Positions 18,590 through 29,746 of a stretch of DNA of 37,480 nucleotides are shown here, one piece after another; positions within the stretch are counted from its first letter, which is position 1, and each line of letters begins with the position of its first letter. The notes beneath the pieces are model-generated. The model made no database searches and was not told the origin of the DNA. It saw nothing but the letters and a program-made list of their open reading frames with translations. Location of the stretch: the sequence record DRR723986_1802. The stretch is one strand, 5' to 3'. Position numbers and translations under genes: made by a program.

Positions 18590-19999
18590 TTACGTGTCGC
18601 GCCGATTGCCCTGCCATGTCATCGGTTGCCAAGCGCCATGACCGGGCAGGCTGTGCAATACGCGGTCGCGGACAATCTCTTGCCCCCGTGACAGAACAGT
18701 CACCGGCATGCCTGTCACTGTGGTGCCTTCAAACGGATTATACCCGACATTGTCCTTGAGATCATTGGCGCCATAGGTATGCCTCAAATCAGGGTTCCAA
18801 ATTGCAATATCTGCATCAAAGCCCGGAGCAATCGCGCCTTTGTTCAGCAACCCAAAAGCCTGCGCGGGGGCTGTTGCGGTGACGCGGGCAAAGGCTTCCG
18901 GCCCGCCGCGCCCTTGGGTGACCATGGCGTTGAACATCAGGGGCAAACGGGTCTCAAGCCCGGGCATGCCGTTGGCGATTTTGTTGAACGGGGCATCAGG
19001 CCCATTGGCGAATTTGCCGCTGGCGTCCATCCGGTAGGGCGCATGATCGGAGGTGACAAGTGACAACGTGCCATCTGCAATGGCGTCCCAAAGGGCATTC
19101 TGATCATCCGTCGTCCGCTGCGGCGGAGAACACATGAACCGTGCCGGATTTTCCTTTTCCAGAATGTCCGCTGTCATAAACAGATAGTGGGGGCAGGTCT
19201 CTGCCTGCACATTCACACCTTCGGCGCGGGCCTTGCGGACGATCTGTGCCCCTTCGCGGGTGGAGACATGAAAGATCATGATCCGTGCGCCGGTGAATTT
19301 GGCAAAGCGGCACATGCGGTCAATTGCCTCAATCTCTGCCTCGCGCGGATGCGACGCGGCGTGGTATTTCGGCGCGCTCTTGCCCTCCGACAACAACTTA
19401 TCGGTCATGTTACGGATCAGCCCGTCGTTCTCTGCGTGAAAACATACCAATGCGCCATCGCGGGACGCGAGATCCAGAATATCGAGGATGGATTTGTCGT
19501 CTTGGCGCACCTTGTCATAAGTGGTGAAAATCTTGATTGACCGGTGGTTCTGCGCGATCAGGGTGGGCAGATCATCGGTCAAATTGCCATTGGCCGTATC
19601 GGCAACAATCATATGGAAGGCGTGATCAATCATCGCGCCCTTTTGGGCAAGCGCGGCATACTCTGCCACGACCTGTTTGATCTTCTGTCCCGGATGCTGC
19701 GCGGCAAAAGACACCACGGTGGTTGTGCCGCCAAAGGCCGCGGAACGCGTTGCCGTTTCAAAGGTATCGGCATTCATCAGCCCTGCGCCAGAAATCTGCT
19801 CGATATGGCAGTGTGTATCGACGCCGCCCGGCAAGACCAGTTGGCCGCCTGCATCAATTACCTCGGCTTGATTGTCGGGCAAATCCGGCGCGACCGCGGT
19901 GATCTGCCCGCCGGTGACGCCCACGTCAGAATGTTGCATGCCCTGCGGCGTTACCACGGTGCCGCCGCGAATGATGAGATCGAATGTCTTGCTGTTCAT
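18590..19999 (-). CDS. hydA: Dihydropyrimidinase / D-hydantoinase
   Basis: PGGVDTHCH, GGTTT, SIKIFTTY (carbamylated Lys), HAEN, FHVS, ETCPHYL, SPPQR, SDHAPY and NGMPGLETR. Confidence 0.92.
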   Translation of the reverse strand: MNSKTFDLIIRGGTVVTPQGMQHSDVGVTGGQITAVAPDLPDNQAEVIDAGGQLVLPGGVDTHCHIEQISGAGLMNADTFETATRSAAFGGTTTVVSFAAQHPGQKIKQVVAEYAALAQKGAMIDHAFHMIVADTANGNLTDDLPTLIAQNHRSIKIFTTYDKVRQDDKSILDILDLASRDGALVCFHAENDGLIRNMTDKLLSEGKSAPKYHAASHPREAEIEAIDRMCRFAKFTGARIMIFHVSTREGAQIVRKARAEGVNVQAETCPHYLFMTADILEKENPARFMCSPPQRTTDDQNALWDAIADGTLSLVTSDHAPYRMDASGKFANGPDAPFNKIANGMPGLETRLPLMFNAMVTQGRGGPEAFARVTATAPAQAFGLLNKGAIAPGFDADIAIWNPDLRHTYGANDLKDNVGYNPFEGTTVTGMPVTVLSRGQEIVRDRVLHSLPGHGAWQPMTWQGNRRDT

Positions 20000-20040
20000 G
20001 CCCGGTCCAACGCCAAATTTTGCATATTGAAATACTCAGT

Positions 20041-20051
20041 GTATACCATTT
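20041..20051 (-). promoter_or_regulatory. Putative GntR operator between hydA and gntR
   Basis: Reverse complement AAATGGTATAC is identical to 20822-20832. Confidence 0.55.
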
Positions 20052-20117
20052 CTCATATCTTTAAAGATGCCTCGGATATAAATATGACATAGTCGAGCAA
20101 GCAGCGAAGGAGAAACA

Positions 20118-20765
20118 ATGGCCGATCCCGTCCAAACCTTGGGGAATTCTGCGTTTGAGCGGATGAAGGCGATGATCCTCGATGGCACGTTGGAGCCCGG
20201 CACCCTGCTGCGCGAAAAGAAGTTCGCCGACCGGCTTGGTGTGTCGCGCACCCCGGTCCGCGAGGCGATTGGCCAGCTGATCAGCGAAGGTCTCGCGACC
20301 CGGTCTGCCGGGGGCACACCGATGGTCAGCAGTGTCTCGTTAAGCGACATCATGGAGATCCTTCACGCCCGCAGCCTGTTGGAGTGTGAAGCTGCGAAAA
20401 AAGCTGCTATTTCAAAGCTTTCTTATGAGGGATTGCTGGACCTGCGGGCGCAGGTCGTTGGGTTTATCGAGGGCGAGCGACCCGACCCGCGCACCCATTC
20501 CAAACTGGACCGGGATCTGCATCTTGAGATTGCGCGACTGGCGGGGTCCAACATATTGGTCGAGCTGATTGAGGGCCTCAAGAACAAGACCCGTATGTTC
20601 GATCAGGGGTCGATTCCCGATCGGCTTTTGCCCGGTTGCCATGAGCATCTGGCGATCATCGACGCCATCACCGCGCAAGCGCCAGATGCTGCTTCGGCGG
20701 CGATGAAGCTGCACCTCAGCAACGTGCGCGAAGCCATTATTTCACACATCTACCACCCGTTTTAA
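20118..20765 (+). CDS. GntR-family transcriptional regulator (FCD domain)
   Basis: AAGGAG RBS. LREKKFADRLGVSRTPVREAI HTH. DRDLH and EHLAI...HL. Confidence 0.93.
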   Translation: MADPVQTLGNSAFERMKAMILDGTLEPGTLLREKKFADRLGVSRTPVREAIGQLISEGLATRSAGGTPMVSSVSLSDIMEILHARSLLECEAAKKAAISKLSYEGLLDLRAQVVGFIEGERPDPRTHSKLDRDLHLEIARLAGSNILVELIEGLKNKTRMFDQGSIPDRLLPGCHEHLAIIDAITAQAPDAASAAMKLHLSNVREAIISHIYHPF

Positions 20766-20807
20766 TCCGCGCCCCTGCTGTCTACGCGGGGATTTAAAGG
20801 CGGTCTA

Positions 20808-20843
20808 TTGACTCGGTGTTCAAATGGTATACCGTTCGGATAC
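20808..20843 (+). promoter_or_regulatory. Promoter and putative GntR operator of the VOC-dpp operon
   Basis: TTGACT (20808)-N16-TACCGT overlapped by the near-palindrome AATGGTATACCGTT and a second GGATAC half-site. Confidence 0.55.
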
Positions 20844-20869
20844 CAAGTTGATCCAAAGTGAGTGACTAG

Positions 20870-21271
20870 ATGACTTCGACACAGGTAAAGCGTCCGGATG
20901 ATGGGATCGTCCTGGCAGTCACCTTTCAGTACTACCGTGACCTGCCCGCAGCGATGGCCTTTTATGAGACTGTGCTTGGTTTCGATCTGGCCATAGATCA
21001 GGGCTGGTCAAAAATTTACCGGATCGACGGGCAGGCCCATGTTGGCCTCGTCGATGAGGCCCGCGGTATGCAGAACTGGGCTGAAGCCAAGACCGTTCAA
21101 TTGTGCCTGCGGGTGCCCGATGTGGACGCTTGGCATGCCTGGGCGGCCTCTCAGAATGTTGATGGGCTGACGGAACCGCGCGACAGCGCAGAGCTGGGCA
21201 TCCGCGCCTTTGTCATGAACGATCCCGAGGGATACCAGATCGAGGTGCAGACCGCGAAGCCGGGGCACTGA
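20870..21271 (+). CDS. VOC/glyoxalase-superfamily protein
   Basis: YRDLPAAMAFYETVLGF, LRVPDVDAW and IRAFVMNDPEGYQIEV. Confidence 0.85.
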   Translation: MTSTQVKRPDDGIVLAVTFQYYRDLPAAMAFYETVLGFDLAIDQGWSKIYRIDGQAHVGLVDEARGMQNWAEAKTVQLCLRVPDVDAWHAWAASQNVDGLTEPRDSAELGIRAFVMNDPEGYQIEVQTAKPGH

Positions 21272-21361
21272 TCACCCAAACCTATTCAATCCAAACCACA
21301 ACAAGGGCGGCAAACCGTCCGGTTCAATATTTCGCAAACGCGACCAACCAGAGGAGTTTCC

Positions 21362-22921
21362 ATGAAATATCTGTCTCAAACCGCCCTTCGGGCCGGAGCT
21401 GTCAGCGTGGCGGTTCTAGCTGCGGCGGCCAGCATGGCCCAAGCCGAAGGCAAATCCGTGACCATCGGTCTGACATCCGATCCCAGCCATCTTTACCCCC
21501 TCGCGGGAGAAGAGCTGTCGTCCAACATCATGTATTACCACCTCTATGATCCACTGGTGAAGCGGGCGGGGGATCTGTCCTTTGGGCCGGGCCTGGCTGA
21601 AAGCTGGGAGAACGTGGACGAAACCACGTGGCGTTTTAATCTGCGCGATGGTGTGACCTTCCACAACGGCAATGCCTTCACAGCATCGGATGTTGTTTTC
21701 ACCGTCGAAAAGGCACGCGAATCCATCCGGCCTGATCTGGTGGCAAACATCGCCTCCATCACGGCGGTGGATGATACAACGGTCGAGATCACAACGCCCA
21801 AACCCTATGCGGTTCTACCCAATGATCTGGCCGAATTGTTGATCCTTGATGAGGAATATACCACCGCCACCGGTGACACCGATATGGACCTCAAGCCGAT
21901 GGGCACCGGGCCTTATATGCTGGATCAATGGATCAAAGAGGAAAAACTGGTTCTGAAGGCCTTTGATGGCTATTGGGCCGGGGCACCAAAGATCAAAGAG
22001 GTCACATTCCGCCCGATCACCAATCCGGCCACCCGCACGGCGGCGCTGCTGACCGGTGAGGTGGACGTGATCCAGGATCTTGCCGTGCGCGACGTGGACC
22101 GCGTGAAAAAAGAGGGCGGGTTCAGCGTCATCACACGGCCCAGCCTTTTGAACGTTGTTCTGGCCATGGACATGCGCGAGGAATCCCCGACCATCGAGGG
22201 CAAGAACCCGATGACCGACCAAAGGGTCCGGGCGGCGATTGCACAGGCGATTGACGTGGATGCGATCAACAAGATTGTGATGAACGGGCTGGCAACACCC
22301 TCGGATCAATATGTGCCGTCGTCCCACATCGGCCATGTCGATGGCATGAACTTCCGCGAGATGTATCCGCTGGATATTGAGGGTGCCAAGGCGCTGATGG
22401 CCGAGGCAGGCTATGCTGACGGGTTCACCATGACATTGGATGCGACCAACAACCGCTATGTGAACGATGCCCAGATTGCACAGGCGCTGGCCTCGATGCT
22501 GGCCAAGATCAACATTGATCTGCAACTGAACATCATGCCCAAGTCGAACTTCTGGGGCTACATCCGCGTGCCGACAGAGAACTCCAGCTTTATCATGAGC
22601 GGCTGGGACGTGCCGTCGGGCGATGCCGGGTCAATGTATGGTGCGCTGTTCTATTCACGGGGCAAGAAAGACGGCTATGGACAGGTGAACCGTGGTTCCT
22701 ATTCCAATCCTGAAATGGATGCACTTGTTGATCAGGCGGATTCCACCCCCAAGATCGAAGAGCGTGACGCGCTTTTGCAGCAAGCGACCAAGATACTGAT
22801 GGCCGATGTGCCGATGATCCCGCTGCATTATGAGCAAGACATCTATGCCGCCCGTGATGGTGTGATGCTTGAGCCGCGCGTGGACAAGTTCCTGTGGGCC
22901 TACGACATGGACGTCAATTAA
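21362..22921 (+). CDS. Dpp/Opp-type (family 5) ABC substrate-binding protein
   Basis: GAGGAG RBS and signal peptide. YDPLV...PGLAESW...FNLRDGVTFHNG and GTGPY. Confidence 0.93.
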   Translation: MKYLSQTALRAGAVSVAVLAAAASMAQAEGKSVTIGLTSDPSHLYPLAGEELSSNIMYYHLYDPLVKRAGDLSFGPGLAESWENVDETTWRFNLRDGVTFHNGNAFTASDVVFTVEKARESIRPDLVANIASITAVDDTTVEITTPKPYAVLPNDLAELLILDEEYTTATGDTDMDLKPMGTGPYMLDQWIKEEKLVLKAFDGYWAGAPKIKEVTFRPITNPATRTAALLTGEVDVIQDLAVRDVDRVKKEGGFSVITRPSLLNVVLAMDMREESPTIEGKNPMTDQRVRAAIAQAIDVDAINKIVMNGLATPSDQYVPSSHIGHVDGMNFREMYPLDIEGAKALMAEAGYADGFTMTLDATNNRYVNDAQIAQALASMLAKINIDLQLNIMPKSNFWGYIRVPTENSSFIMSGWDVPSGDAGSMYGALFYSRGKKDGYGQVNRGSYSNPEMDALVDQADSTPKIEERDALLQQATKILMADVPMIPLHYEQDIYAARDGVMLEPRVDKFLWAYDMDVN

Positions 22922-22930
22922 CCCCGTAAC

Positions 22931-22969
22931 TGGCCCCGGCACGCCCACTGCGCGTTGGGGCCATTTTTT
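22931..22969 (+). terminator. Intercistronic terminator-like hairpin after the SBP gene
   Basis: TGGCCCC-GGCACGC...GCGTT-GGGGCCA followed by TTTTTT. Confidence 0.6.
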
Positions 22970-22996
22970 CCCTAAAAACAAGGCTGATCGGCGCTG

Positions 22997-23962
22997 ATGT
23001 TCGGATATCTGCTCAAACGTTTGATCCAGATGACCCTCGTTCTTTGGGTGGTCTCGGTGATTGTTTTCCTGATGATGAGTTTCACCGGTGATCCGGTATT
23101 CATGGTTGTCCCGATTGACGCCACAGACGCCGAGATCGCACAGGCCCGCCGTTTGCTGGGGCTCGATCAATCGTTGCTGGTGCAATACGGCAAGTTTCTG
23201 ACCAGCCTCGTGCAGGGCGATTTTGGCAATTCCTATGTGTTCCGCCAACCTGCGATGACCCTCATTCTTGAACGGATGCCGGCCACGGTCGAAATGGTTC
23301 TGGTGGCCATGGCGCTTGCCATTGCGGTAGCGATCCCCTTGGGCGTCTATGCAGGGGCCAATCCCAACAGCCGGATCAGCCGGGTCATCATGGCCGGATC
23401 GCTGCTGGGAATATCCCTGCCGGGATTCTGGGTCGGGATGGTGTTGATTTATCTTTTTGCTTTGCATTGGGGGGTTTTTCCCTCATCCGGGCGCGGCGAC
23501 ACCGCGGAGCTTTTTGGTCTGCGGATCAGCCTGCTGACGTGGGACGGCTGGCATCACATCATGTTGCCTGCGATCACCCTGTCCCTTGGCACCATGGCCA
23601 TTTTGCTGCGCATGACCCGTGCCGGCATGATGGAAGTGGGGCGTCAGGACTTTATGAAATTTGCCCGCGCCAAAGGGGCGACGCGGCGCGATGTGCTGTA
23701 CAAACACGGGCTGAAAAACGCGCTGATCCCGGTGGTGACAATCTTTGGTTTGCAATTGGGTGATCTGATCGCGTTTGCGACAATCACCGAAACGATCTTT
23801 TCCTGGCCCGGCATGGGCAAATTGTTGATCGACAGCATCTACCGCGCCGACCGCCCGGTGATTGTGGTCTACCTGATGTTGGTGGCGCTGATCTTTGTGG
23901 TCATCAACTTTATCGTCGACATCGTCTATACGCTGATCGACCCGCGCATCACGCTGAAATGA
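22997..23962 (+). CDS. Dpp-type ABC permease (DppB-like)
   Basis: GDP, GDFGNS, ARAKG..HGLKNALIP, ETIFSWPGMG and DPRI. Confidence 0.93.
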   Translation: MFGYLLKRLIQMTLVLWVVSVIVFLMMSFTGDPVFMVVPIDATDAEIAQARRLLGLDQSLLVQYGKFLTSLVQGDFGNSYVFRQPAMTLILERMPATVEMVLVAMALAIAVAIPLGVYAGANPNSRISRVIMAGSLLGISLPGFWVGMVLIYLFALHWGVFPSSGRGDTAELFGLRISLLTWDGWHHIMLPAITLSLGTMAILLRMTRAGMMEVGRQDFMKFARAKGATRRDVLYKHGLKNALIPVVTIFGLQLGDLIAFATITETIFSWPGMGKLLIDSIYRADRPVIVVYLMLVALIFVVINFIVDIVYTLIDPRITLK

Positions 23963-23966
23963 GCAT

Positions 23967-24838
23967 ATGATGACTGGCTTCTTCCGCTCCGAATTTTTTC
24001 ACAACTACAAGCGCAGCACCTCTGCCATCATTGGCAGTGCGCTTATGGCGTTCTTTGCCTTTGCTGTGCTGGCAGGCCCATTTCTGGTGGCGCAGGACCC
24101 TTATGACATTGCCGCGCTCAACCTGATGGACAGCTACAAGCCGCCCATGTGGCTGGAGGGCGGCGATCCGCGCTTTCCGCTTGGCACAGACGGGCAGGGG
24201 CGGGATGTCTGGGCGTCGATCCTCTATGGTGCGCGGATTTCGGTGTTTATCGGGCTGGTGGCGATGATGGCCTCTTGTGCGCTTGGCACGCTGCTGGGCC
24301 TGATCGCGGGTTTTTATGGCGGCATTGCCGATGCGATCATCATGCGGATTGCCGACATTCAACTGTCATTCCCTTCAATCCTGATTGCCCTCTTTCTGAT
24401 GTCTGCGGTGGGCACCGGCATCGACAAGGTTCTGATTGCGCTGACCGCTGTGGGCTGGGTGGTTTATGCCAGAACAGTGCGCGGTTCGACCCTTTCGGAG
24501 ATCGAAAAGGAATACGTGCAGGCGGCAAAGGTGGCTGGCCTGTCCAACCGCAAAATCATCCGCAAACATGTTTTGCCCAATGTGCTGACCCCGCTGATCG
24601 TGATTGCAACCATTCAGGTCGGCACCTTCGTGTTGATCGAAGCATCGCTGAGCTTTCTGGGGGTCGGTGTGCCGATCACCCAGCCTTCGTTGGGCCTGTT
24701 GATCAAGAACGGGTTTGACGTGCTGTTCAGCGGCCTGTGGTGGACTTCGGTCTTTCCCGGCGTGGCCATCATGACCTTGGTTTTTGGCATCAACCTGTTT
24801 GGCGATTTCCTGCGCGACGAACTTAATCCGAGGCTCAA

Positions 24839-24842
<4 letters not shown>
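23967..24842 (+). CDS. Dpp-type ABC permease (DppC-like)
   Basis: LGTDGQGRD, GARIS, EYVQAA, HVLPN, EASLSFLG and GDFLRD. Confidence 0.93.
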
Positions 24843-25833
<991 letters not shown>

Positions 25834-25837
<4 letters not shown>

Positions 25838-26868
25838 CTTTGCCCCCTGATCCCATGCTGGATGTACGTGACCTACAAATGCACTTTTCCATTGGCGGCG
25901 GCCTTTTGGACCGACTCAAGCTCGACAGTGGCGGGGTGCGGCTTGAGAATCCGATTGTGCGGGCCGTGAACGGTGTGAGCTTTTCCATTGGCCGGGGTGA
26001 GATCATGGCGTTGGTCGGGGAAAGCGGCTGCGGCAAATCCACTGTCGCAAAGACCATTGCCCGTATCTACAAACCGACCGTCGGGGAAATCCACGTCGAT
26101 GGCGAAGACATCGCCGGTCACGGGTTTGCCGAAATGCTACCGGTGCGGGCCAAGATGCAGATGATCTTTCAAGATCCCTATGCCTCGCTCAACCCGCGCC
26201 AGAAAGTCCGCGACATCGTGGCAGAGCCATTGCTGGAGCAAGCCAAATCCGCCGCAGACCGCAAGGCCGTGCCCGCGCAGATCGAAAAATTGTTGGCGCG
26301 GGTGGGGCTGAACGCGGAACATGCCGGGCGTTATCCGCACCAGTTTTCCGGCGGGCAGCGGCAACGGATCGGCATTGCCCGCGCGCTTTCGGTGACGCCG
26401 GGATTGATTGTGGCGGATGAACCGGTCTCGGCTTTGGATGTGTCCATTCAGGCGCAGATCCTGAACCTGATGAAAGACCTGCGTGACGAATTCGGGCTGG
26501 CCTATCTGTTCATCAGTCACGATCTGTCCGTGGTGCATCACATCGCGGACCGGGTTGGGGTGATGTATCTGGGCTTCATGGTTGAGAACGCGCCGCGTGA
26601 CGTTCTGTTCTCGCGTCCGCGCCACCCCTACACACGGGCGCTTCTTTCGGCAGCGCCCAGCATCAAACCCAAACGCAGCAGCGAGGAAATTGTCCTCAGC
26701 GGCGAGGTGCCATCGGCGCTTGATCTTCCGTCGGGGTGCTGTTTCCGCACCCGCTGCCCCTTTGCATGGGACCGCTGCGCTCGCGAACGGCCCGCGCTAC
26801 AGGATGTGGGCGATGGGCAAACCGTGGCGTGCCACCTGACGGATGAACCGGAAAGGGATCACCCATGA
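25834..26868 (+). CDS. Dpp-type ABC ATPase (DppF-like)
   Basis: ATGA overlap at 25834. GESGCGKS, FSGGQRQR, DEPVSALD and HPYT. Confidence 0.93.
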
Positions 26869-28298
26869 CCACAATTGCACAGGCGCGTTTGGGCATTCAC
26901 GACCCCCATGATTGCACAGATGCCAGTGACGAGCTGCCGATCCTGCACGCGATCTATGATACCTTGGTGCGCCGGGTGGGCAGTGAATTTGTTCCGCATC
27001 TGGCACGAAGCTGGACGGTCAGCGACGATGCGCAGCACTGGGTCTTTGATCTGCAACCGGGCGTGACATTTCATGACGGTTCCGCCTGTGATGCGGCGGC
27101 TGTTGCCGCAAGCCTTGAGCGTATGGCGCGGGCCGACAAAGGCTATACTCTTGGCGCGCCCGCCGTTTGGCGGCAGTTTCTGGGTGGTGCAGCGCTGGAA
27201 GTTCTGAGCCCGCATCGGTTGTCCGTGCGGCTGGCCGCCCCGATGGCGGATTTGCTTGATGTGTTGGAGCAAGGTTTCATCGTCGCGCCCGCGGCTTTTG
27301 CCGCCCTTGATGCCAAGGATTATACCGTGCAAATCGGCAGTGGTCCTTACCGCCTGCAATCGGTTGATGAGACCCAGATCACGGCCACCCGCGTTGCGGA
27401 TCACTTTGCCGGAACGCCGGCCAATGCTGAGATTACTTGGAAGCGTGTCAATGACCCGGCAGAGCGATTGGCGATGCTGGAGCGCGGTGAGGTAGCCATT
27501 GCCAATGGGCTGGATTTTGAAACGTCCCGCCGGTTGGGCGCGATGCGCCACACCTTTTTGTCGCCGGTCGCCATTATCTATTTGCTGAACGCCGCGCAGG
27601 GGCCGCTGGCCGATGCGCGTGTGCGCCGGGCGTTGAGCCTCGCGGTAGACCGCGACGCGATTGTGCAAGCTGTGATGCTTGGCGCGGCGCAGCCGCTGCA
27701 CGGGTTCGTCAGCCCAAATCATTATGGCTCCTGCCACAATGCCCCGATCACGACGGATCGAGAAGCTGCCATGCGGCTGTTGGCCGAAGCCGGGCATGGC
27801 TCTGGTCTGACGTTGCGCGTGGATTGCCCAACGCGGCTTCCTGATGAGGCCGAACGGTTGACCGCGGCCTTGGCCGCGCAATTGGCTGAGGTCGGGATCA
27901 CATTGGCGGTCACCGTGCATCCAGAGCGGGAAGACTATGCCCATATGGTACGCCGCAAGGAGATCGCCGATCTTTGCGTGTTCGATTCCAGTCCGATGAG
28001 CACCTACCGCGTGCTTTATGAAAAGATCGACGGGCGGGTCAAAGGGTCGTGGTGGCAAGGGTACAAGAACCCCAAGATCGAAGCCTTGATCGACAAGGGC
28101 CGGGTGACAACCGACCGCAACCTGCGGGGCGAGATCTGGCAGCAGGCCTATAGGCTGTTGCAAGATGATCCGGCTTGGTTGACACTTTACAATCCGGTCC
28201 GGGTGATTGGCTTTTGGGGCGCCCACCCGAATTTTGAAATGCCAGCGGACGGGGTCATTGACGTGCGACAATTGCCAAAACTGGAGACACTGCCATGA
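26865..28298 (+). CDS. Family-5 SBP-like protein lacking a signal peptide
   Basis: YDTLV...PHLARSW...LQPGVTFHDG, GSGPY and DARVRRALSLAVDR. The N-terminus MTTIAQARLGIHDPHD has no hydrophobic core. Confidence 0.82.
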   Translation: MTTIAQARLGIHDPHDCTDASDELPILHAIYDTLVRRVGSEFVPHLARSWTVSDDAQHWVFDLQPGVTFHDGSACDAAAVAASLERMARADKGYTLGAPAVWRQFLGGAALEVLSPHRLSVRLAAPMADLLDVLEQGFIVAPAAFAALDAKDYTVQIGSGPYRLQSVDETQITATRVADHFAGTPANAEITWKRVNDPAERLAMLERGEVAIANGLDFETSRRLGAMRHTFLSPVAIIYLLNAAQGPLADARVRRALSLAVDRDAIVQAVMLGAAQPLHGFVSPNHYGSCHNAPITTDREAAMRLLAEAGHGSGLTLRVDCPTRLPDEAERLTAALAAQLAEVGITLAVTVHPEREDYAHMVRRKEIADLCVFDSSPMSTYRVLYEKIDGRVKGSWWQGYKNPKIEALIDKGRVTTDRNLRGEIWQQAYRLLQDDPAWLTLYNPVRVIGFWGAHPNFEMPADGVIDVRQLPKLETLP

Positions 28299-29746
28299 TT
28301 GAGGCAGATGTTCTTTTTACCGGCGGCTGCTTGGTCACGATGAACGCACAGCGTGACGTGGTGGATCGTGGCGCGGTGGCGGTCGCGGGCGGGCGTCTCG
28401 TTGCCTTGGGCACGGCTGCGGCGCTGGCCGATCAGGTGCACGCGGCGCAGGTCATTGATTGCACAGATCAGATCATTCTGCCGGGCCTTGTGGATGTGCA
28501 TGCCCATGCAGGTCACGGACTGATCAAATCCATCGGTATGCACAATGGGAACCGCTGGGAAGAGATCTGCGGCGAGGTCTACACCCAAGCCTCGGACACG
28601 GCGTTCTGGTATGCAGAGGCCCGTCTTGCCGCGTTGGAGCGGCTGCGGTTTGGGGTGACCACCGGGGTATCCCTGCTGGGCGGCGGCGATACGATCATGC
28701 GCACGGACGATCCGGCCTATGCCAAGGCGCATTGCGACGGCGTGCTGTCCGTCGGCACCCGGTCAGTTGTTGCCGTGGGGCCAACCCGCGCCCCGCATCC
28801 TATTGACTATGCCCATTGGAAAAGCGGCACCCGCACGACCTATCCGGTGCGGTTCGAGCAGCAATTCGAAACCTGCAAACATATCTTTGAGGAATACCAC
28901 GGCAAAGCAGATGATACGATCCGCATCGCCATGCTCTATCCTGTCTTGCGCGATGAGCATGAGCGCGACATGGCGCCCGAGGACTACGCCGCCGCCTGCG
29001 AACAAAGTCAGGCAGTTCGGCAATTTGCCAAAGACAAAGGCGCGATCTTTACCCAAGACGGACATTGGCGCGGATCGGTGCGGCGGGCACATGAACTGGG
29101 GCTGTTGGGACCGCAATCCTTGCTGTCCCATTGCATTGATCTGCACGATGACGAAATCGCGCTGATTGCCGAGACAGGCACCAAGGTGGCCCATAACCCC
29201 TCTGCCAATGCCTCCATTTCGGGGCGCTGCCCCGCGATTGAGCTGGTGGCGCAGGGGGCGACGGTTGCGCTTGGCTCGGACGCGACCGCGCCCGACCGCT
29301 CAGCGGATATGTTCCGCCACATGCAGCAGGCGATGCATTATCACCGCAGGCATTTTCAGGATGCAGATGTCCTGCCCATCGGCAAAACACTGGAAATGTG
29401 CACGATTGGCGGCGCTCGGGCCTTGGGTATGGAGGCCGATATCGGGTCTTTGGAGATTGGCAAACGCGCGGATGTGATCACCGTTGATCTGCGCCGTGCG
29501 CATTTGTTCCCGCCCAACATGCCGCTGCACCGGCTGGTCTGTTTTGCAAATGGCAATGATGTTAGCAATGTGATGGTGGGCGGGGCCATGGTGCTTGAGG
29601 ATGGCCGCGCAACGCAGGTGCACGAGGATGAGATCCTTGCCGATGCCGCGCGGCAATGTGCCGTGATGCTGGAACGTATCGGCGGCGGTCAGGCGGATAT
29701 GGCCCTGCCGGATGACTTTTGGGGAAGAGAGGCGACACCCGCATGA
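28295..29746 (+). CDS. Metal-dependent amidohydrolase (AtzA/MTA-SAH deaminase-like)
   Basis: PGLVDVHAH, GVTT, SHC, HNPSAN, LGSD and GSLEIGKRAD. Confidence 0.85.
   Translation: MIEADVLFTGGCLVTMNAQRDVVDRGAVAVAGGRLVALGTAAALADQVHAAQVIDCTDQIILPGLVDVHAHAGHGLIKSIGMHNGNRWEEICGEVYTQASDTAFWYAEARLAALERLRFGVTTGVSLLGGGDTIMRTDDPAYAKAHCDGVLSVGTRSVVAVGPTRAPHPIDYAHWKSGTRTTYPVRFEQQFETCKHIFEEYHGKADDTIRIAMLYPVLRDEHERDMAPEDYAAACEQSQAVRQFAKDKGAIFTQDGHWRGSVRRAHELGLLGPQSLLSHCIDLHDDEIALIAETGTKVAHNPSANASISGRCPAIELVAQGATVALGSDATAPDRSADMFRHMQQAMHYHRRHFQDADVLPIGKTLEMCTIGGARALGMEADIGSLEIGKRADVITVDLRRAHLFPPNMPLHRLVCFANGNDVSNVMVGGAMVLEDGRATQVHEDEILADAARQCAVMLERIGGGQADMALPDDFWGREATPA

Noticed and set aside
26859-28271. 470-aa minus-strand ORF, and similar long antisense ORFs (6253-7257, 10865-11830, 14312-15271, 30579-31448, 36305-37135)
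   Set aside because: Each lies opposite a motif-supported gene and reflects stop-codon scarcity in GC-rich, codon-biased DNA.
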